Program-made: the position numbers and the translations under genes
Notes under the pieces: model-generated
Database searches by the model: none
What the model was told of the DNA's origin: nothing
Seen by the model: only the letters and a program-made list of their open reading frames with translations
Origin: the human T2T-CHM13v2.0 reference genome, Homo sapiens
Length of the DNA: 64,000 bases
NCBI RefSeq assembly: GCF_009914755.1
Contig: NC_060934.1
Reading direction: 5' to 3' (one strand)
In this document: in pieces, positions 49,790 to 63,607 of the stretch
How positions within the stretch are numbered: position 1 is the first letter of the stretch
Layout: the number at the start of each line of letters is the position of its first letter

Positions 49790-50090
49790 TGGAACTGCAT
49801 TCCCTGCATTCTTTGCCTCCTTGCCTGTTCCTCTATCTTCAGATCCGGGACTGCAGCATCTTGCTTTGATAGTCACATTGCTTCCTTCTGCAGTCAAATC
49901 TCCCTCTCTTATAAGGACACCTGTAATTATATTTAGAGCCAATTTAGATAATTCACGATAATCTCTCCCAAATTTCAAAATCCTTAATTTAATACATCTG
50001 TAAAGTTCCTTTTGCCATATAAGGTAAAATCCAAAGCTTCTGGTGGTTAAGACCTGGATACCTTTGAGGGCTATTATTCAGTCCACTGGA
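49790..50090 (-). mobile_element. MLT1-type LTR fragment
   Basis: tcttataaggacacctgtaatta..tttag.gcc, atctgtaaagt.ccttttgccatataaggtaa. Confidence 0.65.
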
Positions 50091-52297
50091 AACTTGTTCT
50101 GCAGTATTTTGCTTTAATGCAGATTTGATAAATATATTGGTGATTTAAAAATGTACCCAATTTTCAAGATTTTTTTCATGCCAGTGTTCTCTATCAAACT
50201 CTTTTCCAAGTAATACCCACATATTACTTGGCTGCTTTCAACTCTGTGCCTTTGGGTGGTGGCCTGTTTTTAATGTTTTATTTAGAAATAATTTTAAAGT
50301 TTTAGAAAAGTTATTATACAAGAATAAGAATAGTACAAAGACTATCTGAATGTCCGTTTCCCAGATTCACCTATTAACATTTTACTCTATTTTCTTTGGT
50401 ATAACTGACTTACATGTTAAAATAAATCTATATTTCCTTTTATGAAAATAGATACAACATTTATACCAATAGATGCATTATATATAATTTCTATATGATT
50501 TCATGTCTTTTCAGTTAAATTAGAGGTTGGCAAACTTTTCTGTAAAAGGCCAGGTAGTAAATACTTTTTCTTTGCAAGTTACATGGCTCTGTTGCAACCA
50601 CTCAGCTCTGCTAAAGCAGCCATAGACAATACTTAACTGAATGAACATGGCTGTGTTTTAATAAAACTATTAAATGATTTCTAAGTTACTGTAATTAAAT
50701 TAAAAAAGAGGTTCCTTTAATATCTCTGATTACTAAGGAATAGTTCACAGTCTTTTCTCACTCAGAAATAATAGTTTTCTATAGCTGATTTAAAATATTA
50801 TCATTATCAAAGAGATAATCTGAGATACTTCCTAGTTTGTACCTGAAAAATACAGAGCCATACAATGTAAGCATTGAAAAAAATCTTGAAGATGAATCAA
50901 TTAATACCTGGGTGAGTGAACACATGAAGACATGAAAACTGTATGGGTCAATATTTCTTAAATCAGACTCTGCTTGGGAGTTTTAAAATTTTGTTATTAA
51001 ATGACAATCTAAAACTTTTTGATATAAGCAAATTGAAGATTAACTGCCTGATCTCATAATTGAGTAATGCCACTGTATTGTAATGCCAGCAGTTGTGTTG
51101 ACAATTTAAAGTTGGGATTAAGTAGTATCCCTTTAATTACTGTAGGCTAAAAACAATACAACTAAAGTGTACTAATACTTTTGTGACAAGTGAAGGGTAA
51201 ATGATTATATGCCATAGTATATGAATTTAAAAGATTTGTAAAAAGTAGGTTGAAGAAAAATGGTGGGAGAATTATGTTGTCAAAATAATGTAGGTGTGCT
51301 AAAATTATGTAAAAAAGGCATTATGAGAATTAATATCATTTTTAACTTGGGACCCATTATTTTAAACAAAACAATATTATCATATTCAGTAAATATTAGT
51401 TTTATAAATTTACTTATATATAATTTATAAATGTATGTTTGTTTTATGCTTATAAAAGAAATTTAAACATAGGAGTTTATGTCTAGTATTTGAGAATTTT
51501 TTAGTTTCATTAAAATTAAAATACTTTGTGAGCCCTAAAGTTTGATGAAAATATATTCCCTTTAGGAGAATTCCTTCTATTATGTTTGAGAAACACTGAT
51601 GGGGAAACCAAGACTTATGAGTAACATCATGAATATGGAAAGGAAAAGGCTGTGTTTTCAACTTTATAGTATTTGAAATTATTCTGCACTAATTTAATAA
51701 TTTTTATTTTATGATGCATAATTTTTTTTTCTTTTTGAGGACTCCACTGAAGCAAACTTTGGTTGTCCTTAATAATGCTAAAAAAAATGTAATCTTTTTT
51801 ATGTTTGTTTAATAGTTAATAATTTTTAAACTTTAATTTTTAAATGCTTTTACTTCCACTATTTTAAAAAAATAAATATTTATTATAACCCTTGGTGGTA
51901 GATTATTATATCCATTTGTGTAGATGGAGGCTTGATGATGAAAGAGGTAAACATACTTCCCTGACAGAACTGATATTTGAGTACATTGTTTTCTATTTTA
52001 ATACTCTTGTAGCATACTAAAATAAATCTGACATTTTATATTATTTAAATAATTCTTTAAAATTGTGAAATTTATTTGAACATCCAAGTCCGATTGTGAG
52101 TATATGACTTTTTTCGCCTCTAAGCATTACATTTTCTGTGAGTATTATTCTTGTAAGTTATATTTCAGATAATTTATGTATATATTTGTTAATATGATAA
52201 ACATTGAATTCTTAAATTCTCTTAATCCATATGTTGTATTTCTATAATCTGAGGGCTTTGTTTAATCTAGTGTGTTGTTTCATTTTTTTTTTAATAG

Positions 52298-52472
52298 GTC
52301 CTGATTGTTCTTTGAATGTTCCCTCTACTGAGTCTTACTGGATTCTGCCAAACGTTAAACCCTTCAGTCCTTCTGTAGGTCGGGCTTCACATAAAGCAGT
52401 TTTACACGGGAAATTTATGTGGGTGATTGGTGGATATACTTTTAACTACAGTTCTTTTCAAATGGTCCTAAA
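52298..52472 (+). CDS. ATRNL1: ATRNL1 exon 6, 175 nt, end of EGF and first kelch repeat
   Basis: poly-T...taatAG / GTaagt; (G)PDCSLNVPSTESYWILPNVKPFSPSVGRASHKAVLHGKFMWVIGGYTFNYSSFQMVL(N); kelch GG motif; phase 1-2. Confidence 0.97.
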
Positions 52473-53194
52473 GTAAGTATTTATTTTCAGATTCTTGCTG
52501 TTTTTTAAGCTGGATTTTTATCCAAAATGTCTTTTTTTTTTAATTGTTGTCCGAGAGTAAAAGTGGTTATTTTTGTGGTAGTGTCTATTTGCTAGTGAGA
52601 CTGATTTGTGAATACATGAACTCAGTATGTCCATAGCTGTCATTGCACATAGAAGTATGCTTCATGTAGAAATGTTATTACTTCTCTAGAGTACTTTTAA
52701 TAAATTCTGAGTAAGAAAATATTAACTTCAAATACAGGCAGGCCTTGCCTATAATGGATAAAATGAATCAAATGAATCATGCCACCTTTTTTTTTAATGA
52801 AGTATAATCTCATATATAAAAATCCTCTCAATTTGTTCTGTAAATTTTAGTGTACCTGAACTTTACTTTGTATGTGCTTTACAAACTTTCATTGGGAGAA
52901 CAGTTCTAGTATTATGAGAGAGATGATTGATTTACTGTTGGCTCAATAGAGATTGTTCTCTGCATGATTGGATAAGGGGAATCATATGGATGGCAGCTTT
53001 ATCTGATTTCTTTTTCAGCTAATGATTGTATTTTATGAACTGTTTAGTAACAATACAAAAGGAAATAGGGAGAATCATTTGATTTTTAATGTTGCTTCCA
53101 GGGGTAGTGTTCATATTATGTAATAACTGGTACAGCTTGGGCATCAAACAATCAGAACTTGCCCTGGACAGTATGGCATAATGGTGTATACACA

Positions 53195-53413
53195 ATAGAA
53201 TTGCCAGATTTAGCAGATAAATATACAGGATACCCAGTTAAACTTGAATTTCAGATAAAAAACAAGTACATTTTTAGTATAAGAAGGCCCTTTTGCTGTA
53301 TATATATATATTTTTTACAAATTTTGCATGGGTCATTCTTTAACAAAAAATTGTTTGTTGTTTATCTGAATTCAAATTTAACTGGGTATCTTGTATTTTA
53401 TCTGCCAACCCTA
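53195..53413. mobile_element. MER33-like hAT MITE with long terminal inverted repeats
   Basis: ttgccagatttagc..ata...acaggatacccagttaaacttgaatttcagataaa, with its reverse complement near 53355-53410. Confidence 0.75.
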
Positions 53414-55534
53414 ACCACTGAATATATTAACCCTCATAATTAGGAAGATTTCAGAAATTCTGTAAGAGGAGATTGCTTTAAAACTATGATTGAATGCGAC
53501 TGAAATTAAATTAGAAAATCGAATAAATTCTGGAGAGAAGGAGGGAGTTTTATGTAAGTATTTAAGTGGCAAATTAGAATTTTTTAACATGAAGAATAAA
53601 ATACAGAAGGAAGAATTGAAAGAGAGTTGGTGGGATTAAAATGAATTGTTAAGATAAAAACCTGGAGAAATAATGATATTTAAATGTGAAAATTAAAAGG
53701 AAATTAACTATGTTTAAAGAAAATGAGAAGTCTATGAAAGTAGAGTCGAACTTTGAATTAAATTGTGATATTTCCAAAGTCGAGTTTGTAAGACAAAGAG
53801 CAACATTGTCAACAAGGAAGTTTGTAAATTTTAAGTTCATGTTCTTTGCAAGATGAGTAGCATATCAAAAATTAAATGATGAATATTATTTGCTATTCTT
53901 TTAAATTTGCATATTTTCCATTGGAACCAGATAAACTATTTAAGCCAACTTTTTTTTGTCTGAAATCTGAGTATTTTGGTTACAGTGTTTATATAAACAA
54001 ATGAGGGATTAGAGTAGAATAATTGTGTTGCTGTTTTCACAGGTTAGAGAATACTTTTCATCATTCTGAATGTAGTTCAATTGTAGGTAAGGATAACAGC
54101 TTTCAGAAGTGATAGGATAAGTCATAACTTGATTTAATCATCTTCTATAGTGGAATTTAATTGGGGTGGAAATGTTACATTTTAAGACAAATTATTCACT
54201 AAATATAAAAGCTCTGTGTTAGTGTCTATTAAATTAGAAAGACTTTTACAGAATATATATACATTAACATTAATGAAAATTAACATGTATTCATGAGGAT
54301 AGCAAACTTTTGAAAACACTACGTGCTTGTTTCTTGGGATATATCATTGGATATAACAAATGCCCGTGTCTTTGTAAAGTTAGGGAGGAAAGGCTGGCAA
54401 TGACAAAAAAAAAACACTATTACCAAAGTAAATTATAGACATGAACATATATACATATAGAGACAGATGGGATGGATGGATGGATAGATATAGATAGATA
54501 GTAGGAGTAGGTAAATCAGGAGTGCCAAAGAAGAGGGAGTTGCAATTATAAATGTAATAGTTAAGGTAGGCTTCATAACAAAGGTGAGAACTGAGCAAAA
54601 ACTTGAAGGAGATCAGAGGATTGCAGTTATTTGTAGGCGCAGAAAAGAGCCAGATCAAAGACTTAAGATAGGAACTCCTTGAGGTGTTTGAGGAGCAACA
54701 ACCAGGCCCATGCAATTTGCATGGAATATATGAGAGGGATACATTAAATTAGAGTGATAACAGAGGAGAGAGACAGATCATGTAGGATGTTGTAGATCTT
54801 TTGGGAGTCATGGGAGGGTTTTGAGCATGTGTTGATCCATATTTTAAAAGTGTTACCATGGCGGTTTATTGATGATATACTGGGGATTAGGAGGAAGATT
54901 AGAAACGGGATTTGAGTTAAGATGAAATTATCAAGGGAATGCATTCTAGATAGAGAAAAGGACCGGGAACTGAGCCTGAGGCACCATATCACTAAGAGGT
55001 TGTGGGGAACAGGGGAAGCCATCAAAGGAGACTGAAAAAGAATGACTGGTGAGATAGGAAAACCTGGAGTACAGTATCTTCAAAGGCAAGAAAAGGCATT
55101 ATGTGAGGATTAAGGAGTAATTAATAATGTCAAATGCTGACGATTATCCAGGTCAAGGAAAATGAAGACTGAAAACTGGTCATGGATTTAGCATGAGGAA
55201 ATTGACCATAACAAAAGCAGTTTTAGTGGAGGGGAGGGGTTAAAAGCGTGTCTAGAGTTAGTTTAAGAGAGAATGGAAAGTGGGGTGGGGATGGGGGTAA
55301 TAAAGAAATGGGGGAGTAGCTTAAGGGACAGTGTGGTCAAGGGGTTTTTCTTTTATTATTAATGGTTTATAACACCATGTTTGTGTGCTGATGGCAAAGA
55401 TCTAGTAAGACAAAATATGGTGATGTAGGAAAGAGATCTCGTGTGCAAGGAAGAAGAATCACTTGTTATTCTTCGGCTTATCAAACTGCAGAATAGGGGC
55501 TCAGGGCCTGGAAACTAAGAATTTTTTCTTAGCG

Positions 55535-55921
55535 TTTTTAGTTTTTGCTTTTTTTCTTTTATTTGATTATTTTATTTTTTCTTTTATTTCTTTTATTTTT
55601 TCTTTTATTTTCTTGTTTTATTTTATTTGCTTTTTTCTTTTATTTCTTTTTATCTGTCACCCAGGCTGGAGTGCAGTGGCGTGATCATGGCTCACTGCAG
55701 CCTTGAGCTTCTGGGCCCAGGCGATCCTTCCACCTCAGCCTCCTGAGTAGCTGGGATTATAGGCATGCACCACTATGCCTGGCTAATTTTTAAATTTTTT
55801 TGTAGAGGCGGGGTCTCCCTATATTGCCCTGGCTAGTCTCTTAACTCCAGTGCTCAAGTGATCCTCCCACCTCGGCTTCTCAAAGTGCTGGGATTTCAGG
55901 TGTGAGCTACCGTGCCTGGCC
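55535..55921 (-). mobile_element. AluJ with a long degenerate T-rich tail
   Basis: Alu dimer with J diagnostics; T-rich low-complexity tract at 55535-55650. Confidence 0.85.
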
Positions 55922-56654
55922 TGGATTTTGTACTTTTAATGGGCTGTAAAAAAATGAAGAATATGTGAGACCATTGTGGCCCACAAAGCCTAAAATATTT
56001 ACTGTCTGGCCCTTTACGGAAATAGTTTGTACAGCCCTAATTTATGATAACTTGGAAAGCAGTGTGTTGGCTGCAGATACTGGTAGATGGGTGGACTAGT
56101 GGTGTGAATCTGTGGAAGTTATGTTCTGATTATGTTTCCTCGTTTGTATCATACACATTTATCTTACAATTCCAAGGTAGGAAATAAGTTAAACAATGCT
56201 GCAAACAAATTTGGTAACCCTTACCTTTCTTGTGAAGGGGCACTTGGGCACTTCCTTTCCTTTCCTAATTCATTGGAGGAAGAAAGAGAAGTTGGGAAGA
56301 TAACAATTGATAGCAAGCTTCTTAAAACAGGCTCCTGTTTCTTGGCTGGATGCTTCCTTTTGTATATTTTAGCAAATGGAGGAAATTTGAGCATAGAGTA
56401 TAAGCATTTGGGATTTATAATTTGGGACTTCTGTTTTCATATGTATTACACCAGTAGAAAAAAATACGAATTTTCTTTTCATGTTACATAATCCAACAGT
56501 GACTTATTTTTATAGAAGCTTCTCTACTGCCAAATTCATTTTATACAGTCTTAAAAAATTATCAGTAAACAAGCTATATTTGTGCATAGGAAATAAATGC
56601 TTATTGGTTAATTTATATAATGCTAAGATAAGTGTGTGGGTATGTAAAGTAGCA

Positions 56655-57372
56655 CAGTCATTATGGTAAACAGTGCGGAGGTTCCTCAAACTGAAAATAG
56701 AATTACTATATGATCCAGCAAACCCACTGCTAGATATGTAGCCAAAAGAAAGTAAATCAGTATATCAAAGCGATATCTGCACTCTCAGATTTATTGCAGC
56801 ACTATTTACAATAGCCATAATATGGACTCAACATGTGTCCATCAACTGATAAATTGATAAAGAAAATGTGGTATATATACACAATGGAGTATTGTTTAGT
56901 CCCCCTAAAATGAAATCATGTCATTTGCAGCAATATGGATGGAACAGGAAGTCATTATAAGTGAAATAAACCAGGCACAGAGAGACAAATATTGCATGTC
57001 TTCACTCAAATGTCAGAGCTATAAAAGTTGATTTCATATAGGTGGAGAGTAGAATGGTGGCTACCACAGCATGAGAAGAGAAGCAGGGAGAAGGGGACAA
57101 AGAGAAGTTGGTTAATGAGTGCCAAAAAGCAATTAGATAGAAGGAATAAGTTGTAGTATTTGATAGTAAAGTAGGGAAATTATAGTTAACAATTTATTGT
57201 ATATTTCAAAATAGCTAGAAGAGAAGAAATGTTATGCTCCCAACACAAAGAAGAGATAAGTGTTTGAGGTAATAGATATTCTAATTACCTTGATTTGATC
57301 ATTACACATTCTATACATATATCAAAATACCATGTGTATACCATATATGTACAACTTAAATATCAATAAAAA
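56655..57372 (+). mobile_element. 5'-truncated L1MA-like 3' end
   Basis: ggaggttcctcaaa..gaaaatagaattac.atatgatccagcaa ... atcaataaaaaa. Confidence 0.8.
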
Positions 57373-57813
57373 ACTTATAAGTATCAGGCCAACTAAAAAA
57401 AAGGAATAAAAATAAATACCTAAAACAAAATGGAGAGAATTTTCATCTGTTTCCAAGAAGGAAACCTGGCTTAAAAAAAAATTAAAAAATACTGTCAAAT
57501 CACTATTGTTTAGCTTAATCAATTGATGGAAATTATTAAAGGCAATTGGACAATTAATTCCAGTAATAAATATCCTAATCAAGTTAATGTATATTATACA
57601 TTCAGGAGACTGAATCCTAATTTAGTGTAGGTATATCTTGAATGAGTCTTTATTAGAAATTTCTAATATGGCACATGAAATTATGAGTTTATTAGTTGTA
57701 ACTCTTTTTGAATTTAATGAATACTTGGACACAAGTGAATAAAAAGCACGTGAAAATTAAAAAAACAAAAATGAATCTTAGCTTATGAAGTTATTTTCTT
57801 TTCTTGCTTTTAG

Positions 57814-57901
57814 TTACAATTTAGAAAGCAGTATATGGAATGTAGGAACTCCATCAAGGGGACCTCTCCAGAGATATGGACACTCTCTTGCTTTATATCA
57901 G
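57814..57901 (+). CDS. ATRNL1: ATRNL1 exon 7, 88 nt, kelch repeat
   Basis: gcttttAG / GTatgg; (N)YNLESSIWNVGTPSRGPLQRYGHSLALYQ; phase 2-0. Confidence 0.96.
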
Positions 57902-58154
57902 GTATGGCTCCTGCTTTTTAAATTTTAATCAGATTTTGTTTTTGATAGTTTACCACAGGCTAAAAAATACTAAATCTCAGATTTATTTCAAATATTTAAT
58001 GAGAACAATAGATTATATGGATCATGATAACTTGAGATACCACATACTCTTATGCTTTTAGTAAAAGAATAGATTTTAGAACAATCCCCCACATGACATG
58101 TAAAGAAATGAAGATTGAGTTTTTGTCTATTTATGCCTAGTCAATCACTTAAAA

Positions 58155-59720
58155 AAATTATGGCGAAATACATGTAACATAAAATTTACCATTTTAACTA
58201 TTTTTAAGTATAGAGTTCAGTGGCATTAAGTACATTGACATTGCTGTGTAACCATGGCTACCATTATCTTCAGAACATTTTTCATCGGGCAAAACTGAAG
58301 CAATAACTTCTCATTCCCCTCTTCCCTTATCCTCTTGAAACCACCAATCTACTTTTCTGTCTCTGTGAATTTAACTGCTCTAGGTACCTCATGTAAATGG
58401 GATTGTACATTATTTGTCCTTTTATGACTGATTTGTGTCCCTTAGCACACTATCTTCAAGGATCATCCATGTTGTATCATGTGTCAGAATGTCCTTCCTT
58501 TTGAAGCTGAGTAAATATTCCATTATATGTATATACCACATTTTGTTTATCCATCCATCTGTTGATGGACACTTAGATAGCTTCCATCTTTTGGCCATTG
58601 TGAATAATGTTTCTATGAACATGTGTGTACAACTATCTGAGTCTCTGTTTTCATTTTTTTTTGGTGTATACCCAGAAGTGGAATTGCTAAATCGTATGGT
58701 AATTCTATGTTTAATTTTTTTTTTTTTTAGCACTGCCATAGTGTTTTCCACTATGGCTGCACCATTTTACATTTCCACCAGCAGTGCACAAGGGTTCCAG
58801 TTTGTCCACAGCCTTGTCAACACTTGTTATTTTCTGTTTTTGTTTTTTTGATAATTGACCTAATGAGTATCTCACTGTGATTTTGATTTGCATTTCTCTA
58901 ATGATTAATGATGTTAAATATCTTTTCAAGTGCTTATTGGCTATTTGTATATCCTCTTTGGAGAAATGTCTATTCAGGTCTTTAGCCAGTTTTGAATTGG
59001 GTTGTTTTGTTTGGTTGTTGAGTTGGAGGAGCTCTTTATATATTATGGTATTAACACCTTATCAGAATATGATTTCCAGATATTTTCCCCCTTTATGGGC
59101 TGTCTTTTCACTTTGTTGAGAGTGTCCTTTGATGCACAGAATTTTTAATTTTAGTTTAATTTAATTTTAATTTTAATTTATTTTTTCTTTTGTTACTTAT
59201 GCTTTTGTGTCATATGCAAGAAATCATTGCTAGATCCAATGTCATGAAGCTTTTCCTCTATATTTTCTCATAAGAGTTTTAAAGTTTTAGTTCTTAGGTT
59301 TAAGTTTTTGTTGCATTTTGAGTTAATTGTGTCTGATGTAAGGGTCCATTTTCATTCCTTTGCACGTGGATAGCCAGTTTCCCCAACATCGTTTGTTAAA
59401 AAAGAAACTGTCTTTTTCCCATTAAATGGTCTTGGCACCCTAGCTGAAAGTCCTTTGACCATGTATATGAGGGTTTTTTTTTCTGGACTCTCTATTTTAT
59501 TCTATTGATCTATATGTCTGTCTTTATGCTAGTACCGTACTATTTAGATTACTGTAGCTTTTTAATAAGTTTTGAAGTTAAGAAGTGTGATACTTCCTAC
59601 TTTGTTTTTATTTCTCAAGATTGTTTTGGCTATTCAGGGTCCCTTGAAAGTCTATATGAATTTTAGGATTAAGTCTTCTATTTCTGCAAAAATGTTGGGG
59701 TTTTGACAGGGATTGTATTG
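58155..59720 (-). mobile_element. Old L1 (L1MB-like)
   Basis: Antisense ORF2 C-terminus ([15 protein letters not shown]) and 3' UTR. Confidence 0.8.
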
Positions 59721-60039
59721 ACATTAGTTATTTTTATGTATTTGTGGGATTCATAAATTTAGCATGATTAAAATGACAGGACACTTGTTTGGTTTTCATT
59801 TTGAATCAACAAAATTTCATGTATTTTGTGGCCTTTGGCTAGGCTGTCTAAATATGAATTTATATGTTTTCTGTGCTGTTGTTAAAAAAAATTGGAAAGC
59901 ATGGGAGCAGTATAAAGAACAAACTACCACCTGTTTATCCATGCATTTGTGTGTTTTAAAAGTAAAATAAAAGTATTTCTATGTATGAAAACATATACCT
60001 ACATTTTTTGCCTTGTTTTATTTTTTCTTTATTTCCCTT

Positions 60040-62572
60040 TTTGTAACAGCCTTACTGAGATATAATTGATATACCATACATTTCACTCATTTAAAGTGTA
60101 CAATTCAGTGGTTTTTAGTATATTCAGAGTTGTGCAACCATCTATTGCAGATTTATGTAAGATTACAGAGTTGTGTAATCACTTTTAGAATACTTTCATT
60201 ACTTCACAAAGAAACTTTGTATCCTTTCGGTATCACCCCACACTTCCTCGTCTTCCCTAGCCTTAAGCAGTCACAAAGCTACTTTCTTTCTCTATATATT
60301 GGTCCATGCTGGACATTTCATATAAATGAAGTCATATACTATGTATGTTATGACTACCATATTTCACTTAGCATAATTTCAAGGTTTATCCATGTTGTAG
60401 AATGTATCAGTACTTCTTCATTCCTTTTTATGGCTAAATAATATTACATTTTATGGAAATATACCGTGTTGTTTATTCATCGGTTGAGGACATTTGAGTT
60501 GTTTCCACCTTTTGGCTATTATGAATAATGCTACTAACAACATTGCTGTTTAAGATTTTGTCTGGACATATGTTTTCATTTCTTTTGGGTATATACATAG
60601 GGGTGGACTTACTGGGTCAAATTCACTTTTTGAAGAACTGACAGAATGTTTTCCAAAGTTGCTGCATCATTTTACATTCCCACCAGCCATGTATGAGGGT
60701 TTCTATTTCTATACATCCTTGCCAACACTTATTAGTATCTGCCTTTTTGATTATTGCCATCCTAGTGGGTTGAAGTATTATCTCATTGTGGTTTTGATTT
60801 GTATTTCCCTGTTAACTAATGATGTTGAGCATCTTTTTGTGTGCTTTTGGCCATTTGTATATTGTCTTTGGAGAAATGTCTATTCAAGTCCTTTGCTTAT
60901 TTTAAAATTAAGTTGTCCTTTTATTATTGAGTTGTAAGAATTCTTCATATGTTCTAGATACAAGCCATTATCAGGTAAATAATTTGCAAATATTTTCACC
61001 CATTTCGTGTGCTGTTTTCACTTTCTTGATGTTATCTTTTTAAACACAAAAAATTGGACTTTATCTTGATAAAGTCCAATTTAACTTTTTTTCCTTTTAT
61101 TGCTTGTGATTTGGTGTCATATTTAATAATTCATTGCCAAATCTCAGGTCATAAAGACTTAACCCAATTTTTTTTTTCTTTTAAGAGTTTTATAGTTTTG
61201 ATTCTTGCATTTAGTTCTTTGACCTATTTTGAGTTAAGTTTTGTATATAGTATGCAGTAAGGGTGCAAGTTCTTTTTTTTTTTTTTTTGCATGTGACTAT
61301 CCAGTTCTCCTAGCACCATTTGTTCACAAGACATTTTCTTTTGTCTTTGAATGGTCTTGGTACTCTTGTCAAAAATCAATTGGCCATAGATGTGTGGGTT
61401 TATTTCTGGACTCTCAGTTCTATTCCATTGATTTATCCCAGTATCACTCTGTTTTGATTACTTTTTTTTTTTTTTTTTTGAGACAGAGTCTTGCTCTGTC
61501 ACCCAGGCTGGAGTGCAGTAGTGTAATCTTGGCTCACTGCAACCTCCACTTCCTGGGTTCAAGCGATTGTCCTGCCTCAGCCTCCTGAGTAGCTGGGATT
61601 ACAGGCGCCTGCCACCATGCCCAGCTAATTTTTTTATAGTTTTAGTAGAGATGGGGTTTCACCATGTTGGCCAGGCTGGTTTTGAACTCCTGACCTCAAG
61701 TGATCCACTCGCCTCGGACTTTCAAAGTGCTGGGATTACAGTCATGAGCCACCATGCCCAACCTATCTTGATTACTTTTGCTTTGCAGTAAGTTTTTGAG
61801 AAGTGGGAGTACTCCAGTTTTGTTCTTTTACAAGATTGTTCTGATGTTCTGCATCCCTTGCAATTTCATATGAATTTTGGAATCAATTTGTCAGTTTCTA
61901 CAAAGAAGCCAGCTGAGATTTTGATAGGGATCATGTTGAATCTGTAGATCAATTTGGAGAGTATTATCCTCTTAATCAATTTGGAGAGTATTATCTTAAC
62001 AATGTTAAGTCTTCAGACCCATAAACATGGGATGTCTTTTCATTTATTTATATCTTTTAAAAATTTATTTAAACAATGTTTTGTAATTTTCAGAGTATAA
62101 GGTTTGGACTTCCTTTATTAAATTTATTCATAAGTATTTTATTCTTTTAGATGCTTTTGTCAATGTAATTATTTTCCCAATTTCATTTTTGGGGTGTTCA
62201 TTACAAGTGTATGGAAATACAATTTACTTTTTGTACATTGATCTTATGTTCTGTAATATTGCTGATTCATTTATTAGCTCTAAGTGCTTTTTAAAAAAAT
62301 TTTTAGGACTTTCTATATACCAGATTGCATCATCTGCAAATAGAAATATTTTACTTCTTCTTTCCAATCTGGATGTCTTTATTTAGTTTTTGCTCTAGCT
62401 GGAACATCCACTACAATGTTGAATATAAGTGGCAAAAGCAGGCATGCTTATCTTGTTCCTGACCTTAGGGAAATGTATCTAGTCTTTCACTGTTAGGTAT
62501 AATGTTAGCTGTGAGTTTCCTTAAATATCTTTTGTCAGGTTGGAAAAATTTTTTTCTATTTCTAGTTTGTTG
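60040..62572 (-). mobile_element. Old L1 (L1MB-like) containing an AluS (about 61462-61762, - strand)
   Basis: Antisense L1 3' UTR and ORF2; Alu TSD ctgttttgattactttt/ctatcttgattactttt. Confidence 0.8.
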
Positions 62573-63291
62573 AAATAATGATAATTTACATCATTTATGT
62601 ACCATTTATTTCCATCATATGCATTTGAAATAATTTGTATAATTTAAAAGTTCTACAAGGATTTACCAAAGGTGAACTGAAGGCATGTGGTGTCTGTCTA
62701 TAGCCATTAGAAATGGTAACAGAGGTGTACTCTACATGATGCACAAATGTGATATGTCTTTTTGGTGAAGAGCACGTGATGAAAACAGTAAATAACTGAG
62801 AATAGCACAAAGCTACTAGGGACTCAGATGATTCAAATATTGAAGACTATGAGTAATATTAATCAGCAACTTAGTTTGTTATCTTCAGTTATATGGGAGG
62901 AGTACATTATTCTTTGTTATAGGACTACCTCACCCTTAAATTGTAAGTTCTTTATTAGCTTATTGCATTTTCCATTCTTAAAGCAGTAGTTTAGTGTTCT
63001 CTTACTGTATGACAATTAAAAGTATACTTAATTGACTACATAATGTGATAGTTAAAAAATATATTTAAAGTAGCTTTTTGAAAGCTTTGCTGTTTCCCCC
63101 CCTTTTTGTATATAAAAGCATTAGTTGTCATTATTCATGTGTTCTCATTACTTTTTACAAATGAGAACAATGCCTTATGCATGTTGTGAACAATTACTAA
63201 AATTTTATGTAAATTTAACCTTTATTTTTAATTAATATGTGTTAAGATATAACATTATTTTATCTATTAATATATGTATTTTAATTTACAG

Positions 63292-63547
63292 GAAAACATC
63301 TTTATGTATGGAGGCAGAATTGAAACAAATGATGGCAATGTCACAGATGAATTATGGGTTTTTAACATACATAGTCAGTCATGGAGTACAAAAACTCCTA
63401 CTGTTCTTGGACATGGTCAGCAGTATGCTGTGGAGGGACATTCAGCACATATTATGGAGTTGGATAGTAGAGATGTTGTCATGATCATAATATTTGGATA
63501 TTCTGCAATATATGGTTATACAAGCAGCATACAGGAATACCATATCT
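63292..63547 (+). CDS. ATRNL1: ATRNL1 exon 8, 256 nt, kelch repeats
   Basis: tttacAG / GTgagt; ENIFMYGGRIETNDGNVTDELWVFNIHSQSW...EGHSAHIMELDSRDVVMIIIFGYSAIYGYTSSIQEYHI; phase 0-1. Confidence 0.96.
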
Positions 63548-63607
63548 GTGAGTTACTTAAAAATTGTAATTTCTTTATTGATTGGGAATGTTTTTCTCTT
63601 TAATAAA
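63548..63607 (+). other. ATRNL1: In-frame read-through extension of exon 8 ending in an overlapping stop and poly(A) signal (TAATAAA); candidate alternative last exon
   Basis: Frame continues CELLKNCNFFIDWECFSL to TAA at 63601-63603; AATAAA at 63602-63607. Confidence 0.65.

Noticed and set aside
52269-52297. Upstream AG 27 nt before exon 6 that would add VCCFIFFLI in frame
   Set aside because: The strong poly-T tract lies downstream of this AG and supports the annotated acceptor; there is no evidence of use.
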